DNA from: an uncultured virus (IMG/VR IMGVR_UViG_3300035454_002149)
Taxonomy: Duplodnaviria > Heunggongvirae > Uroviricota > Caudoviricetes
IMG/VR virus record: IMGVR_UViG_3300035454_002149
Length of the DNA: 64,000 nt
Strand: one strand, 5' to 3'
Position 1 is the stretch's first letter. Each line of letters starts with the position of its first letter. Both the position numbers and the translations under genes were made by a program. The notes under the pieces were generated by a model that had not been told where the DNA came from, made no database searches, and was given only the letters and a program-made list of their open reading frames with translations. Shown piece by piece: positions 17,823-33,686 of the stretch.

Positions 17823-20800
17823 TTATGTGACGCTGGAGCTTTTGCCTACGAAACCGTCTGATGCATCAAATTCAACAAAAATGGCATCAATATCGTCGTC
17901 AAAAGAGCCACCTTGATTGCCGCCGATCAGTATCACGTCTCCGAATGCTGATGCGCTGGACGATATCTCATTGGCCGTAGTGCCGACTTGGAACTTGCTC
18001 CACTCGCCGGTGGTGAGATCCAATATGGCCAAGCACACGTCCAAGAATCCGTAGGTCACCGCATTGTCGGCGAAGATACCAGTGGAACTGGCTGTGATAG
18101 CGATACGTCCGTTGGTCAGTAATGCACTGGGCTTGCCGTTTTGTTCAAACAGCTCCGAAGTGTTTGATCCGGTTTGGTAAGCTGTTCCCCAGGTGTCAGT
18201 GCTGTAGTTGAACTTGATCACACCAATGTCCTGGCTGCCTGTGTTAATAGTGCCAGTGAGACTACCATAAGAGAAGTAGACCACTGCCAGTTCATTGTTG
18301 CCAAGATCATGCACGTTGACTGCAGCGTCATCTAGTCCGCTGCCAATAGAATAATAATCACTGGTCTCTGTGTCAGGATCAAATATGCCCAAGAATATGT
18401 CATAACCACCAAAGTTAGGATCTGCCAGATCTCCGGTGGTCCTGCCCACATAAGCGATACGCCCGTCGGCCAGCTCTGTGAGAGCATAGGTTTCTTCATC
18501 TCTTGCTGTGCCGTTTTGATAGAATTCCATCTCTTCTGTGACAGGATCAAACTTCACCAGGAGATAGTCATACACACCAGATGCGCCAAGATTGGTTTTG
18601 GTCACGTCTCCTGATGTTTGTCCAATAGCATACACGAGATCCGTGGATACTTCCTGCACGTCATACCCAAACATGTTGCCATCGTCGGCTGATCCATCGC
18701 CCACAGTGCCAGCCTGCCATATCTTGCCAACAAGATTCCAGTCGTCAATGTAATTGAGTTTCACTCCGTTCCGGACGTTTTCTTTGTAGGTATCAGAATT
18801 CAACCAAGCCTGTAAGAGATCGAGATCTAAGTAGGCCAAAATAAAGTTGAATACCCCGTTAGGGCCAAAAGCACCATTGTAATCAGCGGTAGAGTAGAAA
18901 GATTCTTCCACTGTGGGCGCATAAGCGGTAGCAACCAAACTGCCAGTGACGTTGGCTGGGGCAGAAAGTTGGGCGAAAGTATCTGTATTGGCTTCTGTGG
19001 CGTAGTCAGCGATCACATAGTAATATGGCATGGCGCTGGTGCCTTCTGGCGTGTATAATCCTGTGCCATACCCCTGATTCCAGCAGCGGAAGAACACAGC
19101 ATCTCTACTGAAGCTGTGGCTTTCGCTCCAGCCTGCTACGATGATATTTTTTCCCGTGGTGTCATTGACCACACCTACAAATGTCTCGGCCATGTCATGT
19201 CCAAACACGTTCTGCCAATCCAGTGTGCCATCGGCCTGCCAACGTGTTATGATACCTTCGTCCATGCCCATCTGTGGGACCACATTGCCCAAAGAACTGC
19301 CCACTACATAGATATATTTGTCTGTTTCAGTATACGGCGTCACTGACAGTGAGTTGAATCCGCAGTTGCAAGGATGCACATCACCGGGATTCACTATCAT
19401 GTTGCGTGCCCAGTCCCGTGTGACTGTCCATGTGCCGGGTGTGCTTTCTGTAGCCGTGACTTTGAAAAGCAATCCGTCGTGACCGGCATCACCACAGATC
19501 ACATATTTGTCAGTGTCAGAATTGGCGATGTCATTGAGATCTACACTCATCATGCCCGAGTAACTGGATATCCATTGTATCGCCTGGGTAGCTGACAGTA
19601 TCTCCCCCATGCCAAACTTGCCTGTTTTGGTCACTGCGCCGTCGTTGCCTGAGAACAGGAATCTTCCTGCATCAGCATCGGTCTGGTTATAACGCACACG
19701 ATTTACTACTAGGTCTGATACTGTGTTCTGTTCTACGATGTTGCCTGACAGATCCACTACCAAAAAAGTGGTCGATGTTCCGGTGACCACTGGCATGACC
19801 ACGTATTCTGTTCCTGCTTTGTCAATCACTGCCACGGATGAAGCCGAATCGGCTGATGCTGTGCCATAGACTTTGGCGTAGATGGCATCACCTGCAGGAG
19901 ACATCTTGATCAACAAGGCATCGGTGTTGCCGGCGCCAGTTTCGGCAGTGCTACCTACTACATAGATGTTTCCAGTGCTGTCTACGGTGATCCCGCGACC
20001 AATGTCGGTCATGCTCTCACCGTCGCCTACTCGACGCTGCCATTGCAGCACATAGTTCTTGTCGTATTTGGCAAGGACTAACCAACCTTCCACGTGCGAT
20101 CCCACGAGATAAACATTGCCGTCTGTGTCGACTGTGATGTCTTTCCATTCCATAGCATTGCTACCGTCAGACATGTTGCGCACCCAGCCGTGTATGAGTA
20201 TATCACCTTTAGGCACCACTTCGCTTTTGGTATATCCGGTGAGCCATATCCTGCGACCGCGTTTACATTGGCACACGCCCGTGAAATAGTCATCGCCTGC
20301 ACCACCGTAGGCAAAATGCGTGGCCTGGTTGAGATCGGAAGAATACAGGCTGAACAGGAAGTCTCCAGAAGTTCCAGTGCCTAGATTTCCAGGATTCTCT
20401 GCTACCTGTCCCACCGCAAACCTGCGACCGTCTGCCAAAGTGATGGAATGATAATAGAAATCTTTGCCACCAAAACCCACGCTCTTCCTGTTGAAGAAAC
20501 TGGCACCAGGCGGAGAATAATCCATGATGTTGATGCCTGCACCAATGGCCTGTGGTTCGATAGAGTTGATCCTACTGAAAGATGCGTCAATCTGTGTGTA
20601 TTTGAGATAACCTGCCGTGAGTGGTCCGCGTTCAACGAAGGCATTGTTGGCGGCATCATAGTCAAGATGCATGTATCCTTCGTATTCGTCATCGAGCTCA
20701 AAGGTGTAGAGTCCAGGACCTAGGTAATCTCCACCGCCGGCTGCTGTGCCTGACAACAAGGAGTAAAACTTGAAATCCTCTGAATTGAACTCGAATCCAT

Positions 20801-21989
20801 GCACACGCAGTGGTTGAGACACTGAATTACTGACAGCTGTGCCCACATCAGTGAATGTGGTTCCATCAAATTTCCAAAGTCTCACACCGCCGTTGATACC
20901 ATCGGTATGTAACACATACAAGGCCTGGGTTCCTACCACGGCGCAGAAAGCGTCGGGACGAACTGGGGTGCCACTCACACAAACCGTGCGCTGCAGGCTA
21001 CCTCCAGAGATGGTGTCAAGGCTGTTAAAACTCCAGATCTCAAGATCAAAACCCGATGTAGCATTGTTCATGATCACTGGGAAATAAATGCGGGCGCCAA
21101 AACTGGTGCCGGCGCTGGCACGCACTGGATATTGGCTCTGCTGATTGGCTGCACGGTTGAACAGCGGATCGGCGAAATCAAACACACCAAGGTCTGTCTG
21201 TGCAGTGAAAGAACCTGCTGCATCGGTATAAGTGCGTGTGAACAAGCGCCATTGGCTGCCATCTGCCCGCATGTAGAAAGCGTGATAACGCTCGCCGATG
21301 CCGCGCAGGATACCCAACGGCATGTAGTTCTGGGTGGCCACAGTGGGCAAGGTGACGTCGTTGTGGCTGTTGTGCGCACCGCCCACTGATGGAGTGTGTA
21401 TGCGTGCCAACACACTGGAATAGTTGACGCTGGACACCCGGACGTTGGTAGAGATCAGGTATCCATAGGCCTTGTCGCCCGGATCGATCCATCCATCTCC
21501 GCCCATGGTCTGGCGACCGTTCTCATAAGTCACATAAGAAGTGGGACTGTGCTGGTGATATTGATAATAGTTGTATTCGGTTCCACCAATGGGAACAAAC
21601 ACACGGTCCCAGTAAAAAACGTCATCGGCAGCAGCAACAGCACCCATGTGGCCAAAGAAGAACGCATCGCCTTCTTGTTCGTCGGTGATGTCATTGACAC
21701 CAGGTCCGATCCACTCGATGGAACTGCCATGATATAATGTGTTGGCACCGGCCCAGGATTCTGTGATCAAGGGAATGGTGCCTTCGATGGTCAAAGAAGT
21801 CTGGCCATCGACCAGCGTGAGTTTTTGCCCGTAACGATAAGGAGTGACCTTAGCGCCCAGGCTGGTGTTGTTGGCCACAGCCGGTGTGTAGTAAAACCAA
21901 TACCCGTTGGGAGAGATGCCTGGGGTCACAGGTAGATTCAAATACTCTGTGGTCAGTGCTACTGCGCGGGCGGGATTTACGATGGCCAT
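17823..21989 (-). CDS. Large beta-propeller repeat protein, probable virion adhesin
   Basis: 1388 aa; repeated ITVDTDGNVYLVG / ITVDSTGNIYVVG / GGYDIFL..FD blades (SBBP-like). Confidence 0.7.
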   Translation of the reverse strand: MAIVNPARAVALTTEYLNLPVTPGISPNGYWFYYTPAVANNTSLGAKVTPYRYGQKLTLVDGQTSLTIEGTIPLITESWAGANTLYHGSSIEWIGPGVNDITDEQEGDAFFFGHMGAVAAADDVFYWDRVFVPIGGTEYNYYQYHQHSPTSYVTYENGRQTMGGDGWIDPGDKAYGYLISTNVRVSSVNYSSVLARIHTPSVGGAHNSHNDVTLPTVATQNYMPLGILRGIGERYHAFYMRADGSQWRLFTRTYTDAAGSFTAQTDLGVFDFADPLFNRAANQQSQYPVRASAGTSFGARIYFPVIMNNATSGFDLEIWSFNSLDTISGGSLQRTVCVSGTPVRPDAFCAVVGTQALYVLHTDGINGGVRLWKFDGTTFTDVGTAVSNSVSQPLRVHGFEFNSEDFKFYSLLSGTAAGGGDYLGPGLYTFELDDEYEGYMHLDYDAANNAFVERGPLTAGYLKYTQIDASFSRINSIEPQAIGAGINIMDYSPPGASFFNRKSVGFGGKDFYYHSITLADGRRFAVGQVAENPGNLGTGTSGDFLFSLYSSDLNQATHFAYGGAGDDYFTGVCQCKRGRRIWLTGYTKSEVVPKGDILIHGWVRNMSDGSNAMEWKDITVDTDGNVYLVGSHVEGWLVLAKYDKNYVLQWQRRVGDGESMTDIGRGITVDSTGNIYVVGSTAETGAGNTDALLIKMSPAGDAIYAKVYGTASADSASSVAVIDKAGTEYVVMPVVTGTSTTFLVVDLSGNIVEQNTVSDLVVNRVRYNQTDADAGRFLFSGNDGAVTKTGKFGMGEILSATQAIQWISSYSGMMSVDLNDIANSDTDKYVICGDAGHDGLLFKVTATESTPGTWTVTRDWARNMIVNPGDVHPCNCGFNSLSVTPYTETDKYIYVVGSSLGNVVPQMGMDEGIITRWQADGTLDWQNVFGHDMAETFVGVVNDTTGKNIIVAGWSESHSFSRDAVFFRCWNQGYGTGLYTPEGTSAMPYYYVIADYATEANTDTFAQLSAPANVTGSLVATAYAPTVEESFYSTADYNGAFGPNGVFNFILAYLDLDLLQAWLNSDTYKENVRNGVKLNYIDDWNLVGKIWQAGTVGDGSADDGNMFGYDVQEVSTDLVYAIGQTSGDVTKTNLGASGVYDYLLVKFDPVTEEMEFYQNGTARDEETYALTELADGRIAYVGRTTGDLADPNFGGYDIFLGIFDPDTETSDYYSIGSGLDDAAVNVHDLGNNELAVVYFSYGSLTGTINTGSQDIGVIKFNYSTDTWGTAYQTGSNTSELFEQNGKPSALLTNGRIAITASSTGIFADNAVTYGFLDVCLAILDLTTGEWSKFQVGTTANEISSSASAFGDVILIGGNQGGSFDDDIDAIFVEFDASDGFVGKSSSVT

Positions 21990-21995
21990 GTGTGA

Positions 21996-22367
21996 TTACG
22001 ATCCGGAAATGGGTATGCCTGGTCGGAACAGCAGATCCGTGGTGTTGAGCGCGAATCCCAGATACAACACACGCACACTGGCACTGGGTGTGGGCGGTGT
22101 GCCGGTGATGTTGCCACCAGTGCCCAAGAAATAAGGAGATCCTGGAGCGAGTCCAGTGAATCCCGAAACTACGCCGGCGGCATAGTAAAGATCATTGACC
22201 TTGATCATCACGGTGTTGAGCTGTGATGTGGTGTTGGTGTTGGCGGCGTCAGTCACTGAGTTTGATCCATTCATGCGCACCACCCGACCGTTGGTTCCCC
22301 CGGTGAGATTTGGCACCGTTATGGCGACATCAGTGACTTGGCTGGTTGATGTAATGAAATGACTCAT
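21996..22367 (-). CDS. Small putative virion protein
   Basis: GVVSGFTGLAPGSPYFL...G.ALNTTDLL beta-rich pattern; lies within the fibre cassette. Confidence 0.6.
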   Translation of the reverse strand: MSHFITSTSQVTDVAITVPNLTGGTNGRVVRMNGSNSVTDAANTNTTSQLNTVMIKVNDLYYAAGVVSGFTGLAPGSPYFLGTGGNITGTPPTPSASVRVLYLGFALNTTDLLFRPGIPISGS

Positions 22368-22370
22368 TGA

Positions 22371-23312
22371 TTATACTCCCATCCTTGTGATGTTTAGATA
22401 TGATTCTGTTGTGATAGATCCTGCGCTGACTGCGTTGCTGACCAAGATCTCGATGTAATCTCCTTCAACGAGTTCAAAAATCTCGTCGATAGATGCGGTA
22501 TCGTTGACATTGATAGTGGTAGTGCTGATAGTGGTAGATCCGTTTTTGCGTAAGGTCACTGTGTAGACACCGCCGTCGGTGCCTGTGGCTATGAAAGAGT
22601 TGATCTGATAGAATCCGTCGATGGCCACGGTGAGACGGGTAGGTATGCCAGCGGACCAATAGGTCACTGCCAAGCTGTTGGCGTTGGTATCGTATTCTGT
22701 TCCGCTCCAGGCGATGCCAGTGGGCGTGGTTGTTGTGGCAAAAGGCACAGTCAGCAGTGCGGATGCTCCCGAGAATGCCGAGAAGTTAGACACACCTGTG
22801 CCCACTGCCAAGCCCAACTGTGTGATCTCTATCATGCTGTCATCGTCAAGGCTGCCAGCATCACTGGTTTCTTTGGCCAGCAATTGTATGTAATCACCGG
22901 CGTTGAAGAACACCGTTTCGTTGTATTCAGCCGATTGATTGGCATTGATCACACCGTCGGATATCTCCGTGGTGCCGTTTTTCAATATCTGTATCTCGTA
23001 ACCAGCACCTTGGCTGTCAGTGAATACCACGGAATTTAGATTGTAGAACCCTGTCTGTGGTATGGTCAGGCGAGTGGGTGTGACACCATTGAAATACCCG
23101 CCGGTGTCAAAAGACGGTGTGGGCCACGATACTGGAGTCAAAGTGGTGTTCAGCGCATAAGGGGTGGCCAGTTTGACTTTGACCCCGTTGTAGAGTTTTT
23201 TAGTAGTGCCAGTGATCACGTCCCATTTTACACCGTCAAACTGCCATACCACGGAATTATCGTCGGTATATGTGTCTCCAGGGCTGGGCGAAGTGGGAAA
23301 TATCAAGGGCAT
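22371..23312 (-). CDS. Fibre-associated protein with two tandem C1q/BclA-CTD-like jelly-roll domains
   Basis: N-terminal FPTSPSPGDTYT..WQFDGVKW; two copies of PTRLT....G.Y.(L/I)NS...KNG...GDYI.(L/I). Confidence 0.65.
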   Translation of the reverse strand: MPLIFPTSPSPGDTYTDDNSVVWQFDGVKWDVITGTTKKLYNGVKVKLATPYALNTTLTPVSWPTPSFDTGGYFNGVTPTRLTIPQTGFYNLNSVVFTDSQGAGYEIQILKNGTTEISDGVINANQSAEYNETVFFNAGDYIQLLAKETSDAGSLDDDSMIEITQLGLAVGTGVSNFSAFSGASALLTVPFATTTTPTGIAWSGTEYDTNANSLAVTYWSAGIPTRLTVAIDGFYQINSFIATGTDGGVYTVTLRKNGSTTISTTTINVNDTASIDEIFELVEGDYIEILVSNAVSAGSITTESYLNITRMGV

Positions 23313-23325
23313 AGTGTATTACTTA

Positions 23326-24030
23326 TCAGTTTATATTGTAGGTCCTGTCGCGGAATGTGGTGCTGGTCGCAGTGGCAGTGACGCCGTAGCGTATCAGCAC
23401 GTCCTGGGTGTTGGCACCACCCGCACCGGTGATCTGCCAGGCCATTTTGGCGATCAAGAACTCGTTGTTGAGGAAGAATGCCGGAGCAGACCATGTCACT
23501 GTAGAAGTCTGCGAAGCAGCCGTGGTCAGGTTAGTGACTATGGTGCCAGACAGCAGGGCTGCTGTGAGTTCTGTGACGTTGATCCAGGCAGTATCATCCG
23601 CAGGATCGCGCTGGCCTTTGAACACACGCATGGTTATTCGGCCGTCCTGTGCACCACCAGCAGACACAGCAATCACTGGAAACGCAAAGGTCCAAGTGCC
23701 CGCGGGAAAATATCCGTTGTATTCGTATAACGTAGCAATGGATTCGGAATCAATGATCAAGGGTGGTGGCGAAAATACTGCGGGAGAAAATGTCTCATCT
23801 GACACAGGTGCGGTGTTGTTGGGCGCGATGGTAGTGGTGAATGTGCCGGTAGCTCGCTCAGTGCCGTTCTGCAACAAAGAATAGTTGTTGGCAGCGATCT
23901 TACCCACGGTCCATCCAGTGGTAGATGTGGTCTCGGCTGTGGCACCTGCTTCGGTTGACAAGTCCCAAAACAGTCGGCTCTGACCACCACCCACCGCGAT
24001 CTGATCAAGATACCATGTCTGCACTGCCAT
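23326..24030 (-). CDS. Hypothetical Thr/Ala-rich beta protein (virion-associated?)
   Basis: 234-aa ORF with GAGG RBS inside the collagen cassette. Confidence 0.65.
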   Translation of the reverse strand: MAVQTWYLDQIAVGGGQSRLFWDLSTEAGATAETTSTTGWTVGKIAANNYSLLQNGTERATGTFTTTIAPNNTAPVSDETFSPAVFSPPPLIIDSESIATLYEYNGYFPAGTWTFAFPVIAVSAGGAQDGRITMRVFKGQRDPADDTAWINVTELTAALLSGTIVTNLTTAASQTSTVTWSAPAFFLNNEFLIAKMAWQITGAGGANTQDVLIRYGVTATATSTTFRDRTYNIN

Positions 24031-24032
24031 GG

Positions 24033-29517
<5,485 letters not shown>

Positions 29518-29523
29518 AGTTCC

Positions 29524-29871
29524 TTACCCCGCTGGAAACTGGTTGGCGACCGGAGAGAATACTGCGGCTAGTTCCTTGATACGCTCAAGATTAGTGTCGG
29601 TCTGACCTTCATCCGAGGCAGTGATCTGTTGTATTTCTTCAGCGTCTGGTGCCACTGTGGGATCCTCTGTGCTGGGCCCTGTGATCTCCTTGGTGGCATC
29701 GATCTGCTGTTGTAGTGGTGGGCTCCATTTGGCTTTGCCATCATCACCGTACTGTATGCCGGGATTGACTACTTCCGGCGCTTTTTCGGGCTCGTCTTGG
29801 GGCATGACAAAAACATTCATGTTTTGCACATTGAAAACTGACCCAGGAGGCATGATATCTTTGATCTGCAT
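29524..29871 (-). CDS. Acidic hypothetical protein
   Basis: 115 aa with PPLQQ and LERIKELAAV motifs; TAAATA 4 nt upstream of the ATG. Confidence 0.7.
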   Translation of the reverse strand: MQIKDIMPPGSVFNVQNMNVFVMPQDEPEKAPEVVNPGIQYGDDGKAKWSPPLQQQIDATKEITGPSTEDPTVAPDAEEIQQITASDEGQTDTNLERIKELAAVFSPVANQFPAG

Positions 29872-29967
29872 CAGTTATTTAGCAAAGAAGCCTACTACTG
29901 ATCTGGCTTGTGTTTTTTAGAGTTGTATTTGAGATAGACTCGAAGTCTCAGGACCTTCGATTGTTCA

Positions 29968-30339
29968 TTATCTAGGGTATCCCTTGAATCCTTTGACGGG
30001 ACTGACGGTATTGGTGCTCGGGACTTCTTCGCTGTCTAGGTCACCGTGATTGAGATCTTGCCACTTTGCACCCGCGGCTTTATATGCTTGTTTTAGCATT
30101 TCCTGCTCAACTCGGGTGTAGGGGTGTGCCGTGCGCTTTTTGCCTACCCAACTCTTGTGATCCATCTTTATAGGAGCATCACTGCCATCGGCCATGGCCA
30201 CGGCCATCATCACGCGATTGAGAGTATAATCACTGCTGGTGCGTTCCGCATCGCTGAAAGTGTTGAGTCCCACGGTGGGATTCTGTCTGCGTATTCCTAA
30301 TTTTCCAGCCCGTTCGGTGATGAATTCTTTTGCACGCAT
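29968..30339 (-). CDS. Hypothetical protein with MRAKEFITE N-terminus (putative internal head protein)
   Basis: ATG at 30339 just after the upstream stop; N-terminus shared with ORF 42065-42343. Confidence 0.7.
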   Translation of the reverse strand: MRAKEFITERAGKLGIRRQNPTVGLNTFSDAERTSSDYTLNRVMMAVAMADGSDAPIKMDHKSWVGKKRTAHPYTRVEQEMLKQAYKAAGAKWQDLNHGDLDSEEVPSTNTVSPVKGFKGYPR

Positions 30340-30344
30340 TGTTA

Positions 30345-30950
30345 TTACCAAGCCCTGCAGGACCAGTAACGTGCTTTTGTCTTGGGTCCTGGATTGTCGC
30401 AGTTATGGCGAGCACGGAAGTTACGACGACGTTCTGGGTTTGATTTCTTGATGCGCATGGTCTTTTGGCCGGCACGTCGGGCCGAAGTACCACCATGTCC
30501 AAAGTTTACTTTCTTGACATTACCTGTTGAGGGATCTTTGACATAGACTTTGAATTTTTTCACATCACCGCGCATGGGTTTGTTGAGAGGAACGTCACGA
30601 CCTTGATATTCGGCTTCGCCTAATTCGTCGCCTAGGTCTTGTGCGGCCACGGAATCTAGTTCTTTCTGTGCCACTATGTCAGCAGATTGATCTTCTGATA
30701 CGGAAAAACCCTGTGCGCGATTGCTGCCCACGGGACCATATCTAGCGATGCGCTCTGACAGCATGCCGCGTCTTGCCAGTACATCTATGATCTGTTCGTT
30801 GGCCTCAATCACGATGGTCTCGCCGTCGCTTTCCAGCACACGGCTTTCTACCAGTTCGTCGGGTGAGACTTCGATGTCAAACTCGTCACCTTCGCGTGGA
30901 CGATCAAACCAAAATTCACTTTCAGCAAGATAATCGCGGAATGACGGCAT
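30345..30950 (-). CDS. Conserved T4-like phage hypothetical protein with basic C-terminal domain
   Basis: MPSFRDYLAE start (TAATG overlap); AEYQGR..LNKP..KKFKVYV..KVNFG..NFRARHNC..ARYWSC. Confidence 0.7.
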   Translation of the reverse strand: MPSFRDYLAESEFWFDRPREGDEFDIEVSPDELVESRVLESDGETIVIEANEQIIDVLARRGMLSERIARYGPVGSNRAQGFSVSEDQSADIVAQKELDSVAAQDLGDELGEAEYQGRDVPLNKPMRGDVKKFKVYVKDPSTGNVKKVNFGHGGTSARRAGQKTMRIKKSNPERRRNFRARHNCDNPGPKTKARYWSCRAW

Positions 30951-32521
30951 TACTTGGTCTCGTATCTCTGATACAGTTCCCACAGCTTGTTCTCAGTCTC
31001 GACTTTGACATCTTCTGCTACCTGTCCAAGATTGAGTGCTGGAGAAGATTTTTTACCCAGTGCGCCCATGGCCAAGGGATTGTCACCTGCATTGTTGGGA
31101 TTGACTTGCAATTTAGGACCATTGAGACCACCACTGAGTGTGTTGATCATCGTATCAGTGTCCGAATACTGCTCGTTGGGGCTGTTGGCCAACTCTTCGT
31201 CGATCTGCTCTTCGCAACCACAGGGATCACTGCCGCAGGTTGGGCAAACATCATGATAACTGCTTGCGGATTCCATACCGGCCAGTTTAAGTATTTGTGC
31301 CAGTTTCACTGCATCGTCGTCTGTGGCCGTGACTGTGAGGCTCTTGGCTCCTTCGGCATCCATGGTCATATTGATGTTGACGCCTTCTGTGAGGATATTG
31401 TTGAGTTTTTTCTCAAAACTTTCGGCGATCTCACCTTCGTAGATGCCTTTGCCAAACTGCATGCCACCTTTTTTGCCTTTGGGTGCTGCATCTGCAGTGG
31501 CCACAGCACCTGCTGTAGTAGTTTCTTCTACTTCGTCTTTGCCTTCTTCTTCGACCTTGCCGGCTTTCTTGGCTTTCCAAGCAGTGGCATAAGCGATAGA
31601 TTTTTCTTTGTCTGTGAGTTTGCCATCTTTGGCATAGCCCTTCTTGATATGCTTGACCATACGCTCGGCTTTGGCTCCGGGAGGAGCTACTTCTGCGACC
31701 TCTTCTTCGCCTTCGTCTTCCTGTGCCAACATGTAGTCACGTGCTGTGTCTACATATTCTTTGGCTAGTGTGATCTTCTTCTGCACCCACTCTGGCAGAT
31801 CTTGTTCATCTGTCAGGATGCTTGACAGTTCTTCAGCGGCTGCTTCGATAGTGTGCAGTTGCTCTTTGGCCATGTCACCTTCGCGGCCATACTCACCAGC
31901 GTCGGCTTCGGGATCCATGTCTTCTTCAAGGTCGCCTTCTTTGATGGCGCCTTTGTTCAGGAGCTTCGATTTGCCTGTGGGACCTTTGGCTCCCAAGGCA
32001 CGTTTGGATCCGGCAGGACGGCCGCGCTTCTTGGGTGCTGCATCATCATCTGCGTCAAAATCTTCTTCGTCATCGGGACGGCGCTCGTGCTTGACACCCG
32101 AGGCTGTCTTGGTCAGTGTGCCTTTGGTGGTACGGATGGTATCGCCAGGACGACTATACTTGTCAAAGTCATCGCGCTGACCATATTCACGCTCCATGAC
32201 TTTCTCATCGGATGTGTCGCCTGTGACTCGGTATGTCTTGCCATCGACTTTGAATGTGGGCTTGCCGGCTTTAATAGCTGCCAGTCGTGCGCCTGTGAAG
32301 TCGTTGCCTTCTTCCATGTCGGCTTCCGCAACATCTTCTTTGCGGAGTTTGGCCAATACCGCGCCGTCGGCGCGGGCTTTTTTGGCCGAGTAATCATCTG
32401 ACGCTTCTTCCATGTTAGACTTGAGAGCATCGATACGTGCTTCATTGAGTTTTTGTTCTTTTTTCTCTACTTTGCCTTCTAGCAAAGCCATCTTAGCGAG
32501 TATGTCGTACATATTATTCAT
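30950..32521 (-). CDS. Highly charged modular protein, putative prohead core/internal protein
   Basis: AAGGA RBS; alternating acidic and basic modules; AT-hook-like KKRGRP; many (V/L/I/M)-x-E sites. Confidence 0.65.
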   Translation of the reverse strand: MNNMYDILAKMALLEGKVEKKEQKLNEARIDALKSNMEEASDDYSAKKARADGAVLAKLRKEDVAEADMEEGNDFTGARLAAIKAGKPTFKVDGKTYRVTGDTSDEKVMEREYGQRDDFDKYSRPGDTIRTTKGTLTKTASGVKHERRPDDEEDFDADDDAAPKKRGRPAGSKRALGAKGPTGKSKLLNKGAIKEGDLEEDMDPEADAGEYGREGDMAKEQLHTIEAAAEELSSILTDEQDLPEWVQKKITLAKEYVDTARDYMLAQEDEGEEEVAEVAPPGAKAERMVKHIKKGYAKDGKLTDKEKSIAYATAWKAKKAGKVEEEGKDEVEETTTAGAVATADAAPKGKKGGMQFGKGIYEGEIAESFEKKLNNILTEGVNINMTMDAEGAKSLTVTATDDDAVKLAQILKLAGMESASSYHDVCPTCGSDPCGCEEQIDEELANSPNEQYSDTDTMINTLSGGLNGPKLQVNPNNAGDNPLAMGALGKKSSPALNLGQVAEDVKVETENKLWELYQRYETK

Positions 32522-32532
32522 TGTGGTTGTCC

Positions 32533-33132
32533 TTATCTTTGGAAGCCGGTGGCTGGTTTAGGTGGTCGCTTGACCGAGGTCATGGGGCTCTTGACTCCCA
32601 TCGGAAGATCGTTTGTGGTCTCAGATTTGGGTGTTTTACCGCCGGCCACTGTCCAAGTGGCATCTTCGGCTGAATTTTTTACTACTTGTTTGTCGGCTGC
32701 CGGGGCAGCATAATCTTTCTTGAGATCGTTTTGTTCTTTGGTATTGGCAGGGTAAGGTGTATTCAATAGATCGGTTTGATCCTCGATACCGGCCAGTTCC
32801 TTGTCCATGCCTTCGGCCCAGTGTAATTCGTTGATGCAGATCGCATCTTCATCTAGACCCAGCAGTTTCGCAAATTGCTGTATCTGCGGTGGAGTTGCTG
32901 GATAACGGAATGTGCAGTCGATGATGTTGACTCTCTGATTGGCATAAGCAGGGAAATCTTGTGGCTTGCTCAACACTGGTGTTGTCTTGACATCTCCCAC
33001 TTTCACTGGATCAAACTTTTTCAGTTTGTCTTTGAAAGCAGAAAAGAAGCCGCTGGGCAAATCACCCACGATTTTGATGCGATAATCAAAGGTTTTTTCG
33101 CTTTCAGCGAGATAAGTTGCAAAGTTCTTCAT
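32533..33132 (-). CDS. Hypothetical protein (MKNFATYLAE N-terminus)
   Basis: 199 aa; late box at 33156-33151 and AGGA RBS. Confidence 0.7.
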   Translation of the reverse strand: MKNFATYLAESEKTFDYRIKIVGDLPSGFFSAFKDKLKKFDPVKVGDVKTTPVLSKPQDFPAYANQRVNIIDCTFRYPATPPQIQQFAKLLGLDEDAICINELHWAEGMDKELAGIEDQTDLLNTPYPANTKEQNDLKKDYAAPAADKQVVKNSAEDATWTVAGGKTPKSETTNDLPMGVKSPMTSVKRPPKPATGFQR

Positions 33133-33159
33133 GGTTAGGATCCTATGCTATATTTAGCG

Positions 33160-33678
33160 TTATGACTGTTTTGGTGGATCTGCGGGCTTTTTCAGCAAGT
33201 GATTCAATAACTCATTGCGATCCAAAAGATGAGCTTGTCCCACGGGTAAACTAGTTTCTTCTTCACCGTTCTCTCTGTCCAGTTTGAGCTTTTTCATCTG
33301 GAGGTCGATCATCTTGAGTTTTTTGTTCATCTTGGCAGTCTTGGCCGTGATAGCGTGCCCCAGCATGGTGCTGGCCACACTAAAGATTTCCGAAGCATAT
33401 CTGCTGTCTACTTGCATGCCAAGATTCATGAGATCATCAAAACTCTCCTGGGCCTTGGCGGCCAAATCATCCATCTCAGTATCAGATGCTTCCAGTCCTT
33501 TTACTGCTGGGAGGGCGGCTTCGATCTTGTCAAGAGCTGCCAGAGTTTCTGGCATGACGGGCAAGTTCGTCTCAATGTCGTTACCCGGTTCAGCAGGGTC
33601 TGAGTCGTTTTCATTGGGGTCTTCTCCCATGGGAAGATCGAATAATTCTTCGAGTTTTCTGTTGGTCGGTAAAGTCAT
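33160..33678 (-). CDS. Helical protein, possible terminase small subunit
   Basis: Size and helical/coiled-coil pattern (AQESFDDLMNLG...EIFSVASTML) compatible with gp16; adjacent to gp4; function inferred only. Confidence 0.35.
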   Translation of the reverse strand: MTLPTNRKLEELFDLPMGEDPNENDSDPAEPGNDIETNLPVMPETLAALDKIEAALPAVKGLEASDTEMDDLAAKAQESFDDLMNLGMQVDSRYASEIFSVASTMLGHAITAKTAKMNKKLKMIDLQMKKLKLDRENGEEETSLPVGQAHLLDRNELLNHLLKKPADPPKQS

Positions 33679-33686
33679 GCGGATAT

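Noticed and set aside
29882..29967. Possible tRNA or ncRNA in the intergenic gap
   Set aside because: Only short hairpins; no cloverleaf, T-loop context or CCA.
30863..31768. 301-aa plus-strand ORF
   Set aside because: Antisense to well-supported minus-strand genes; Phe-rich composition typical of a shadow ORF.
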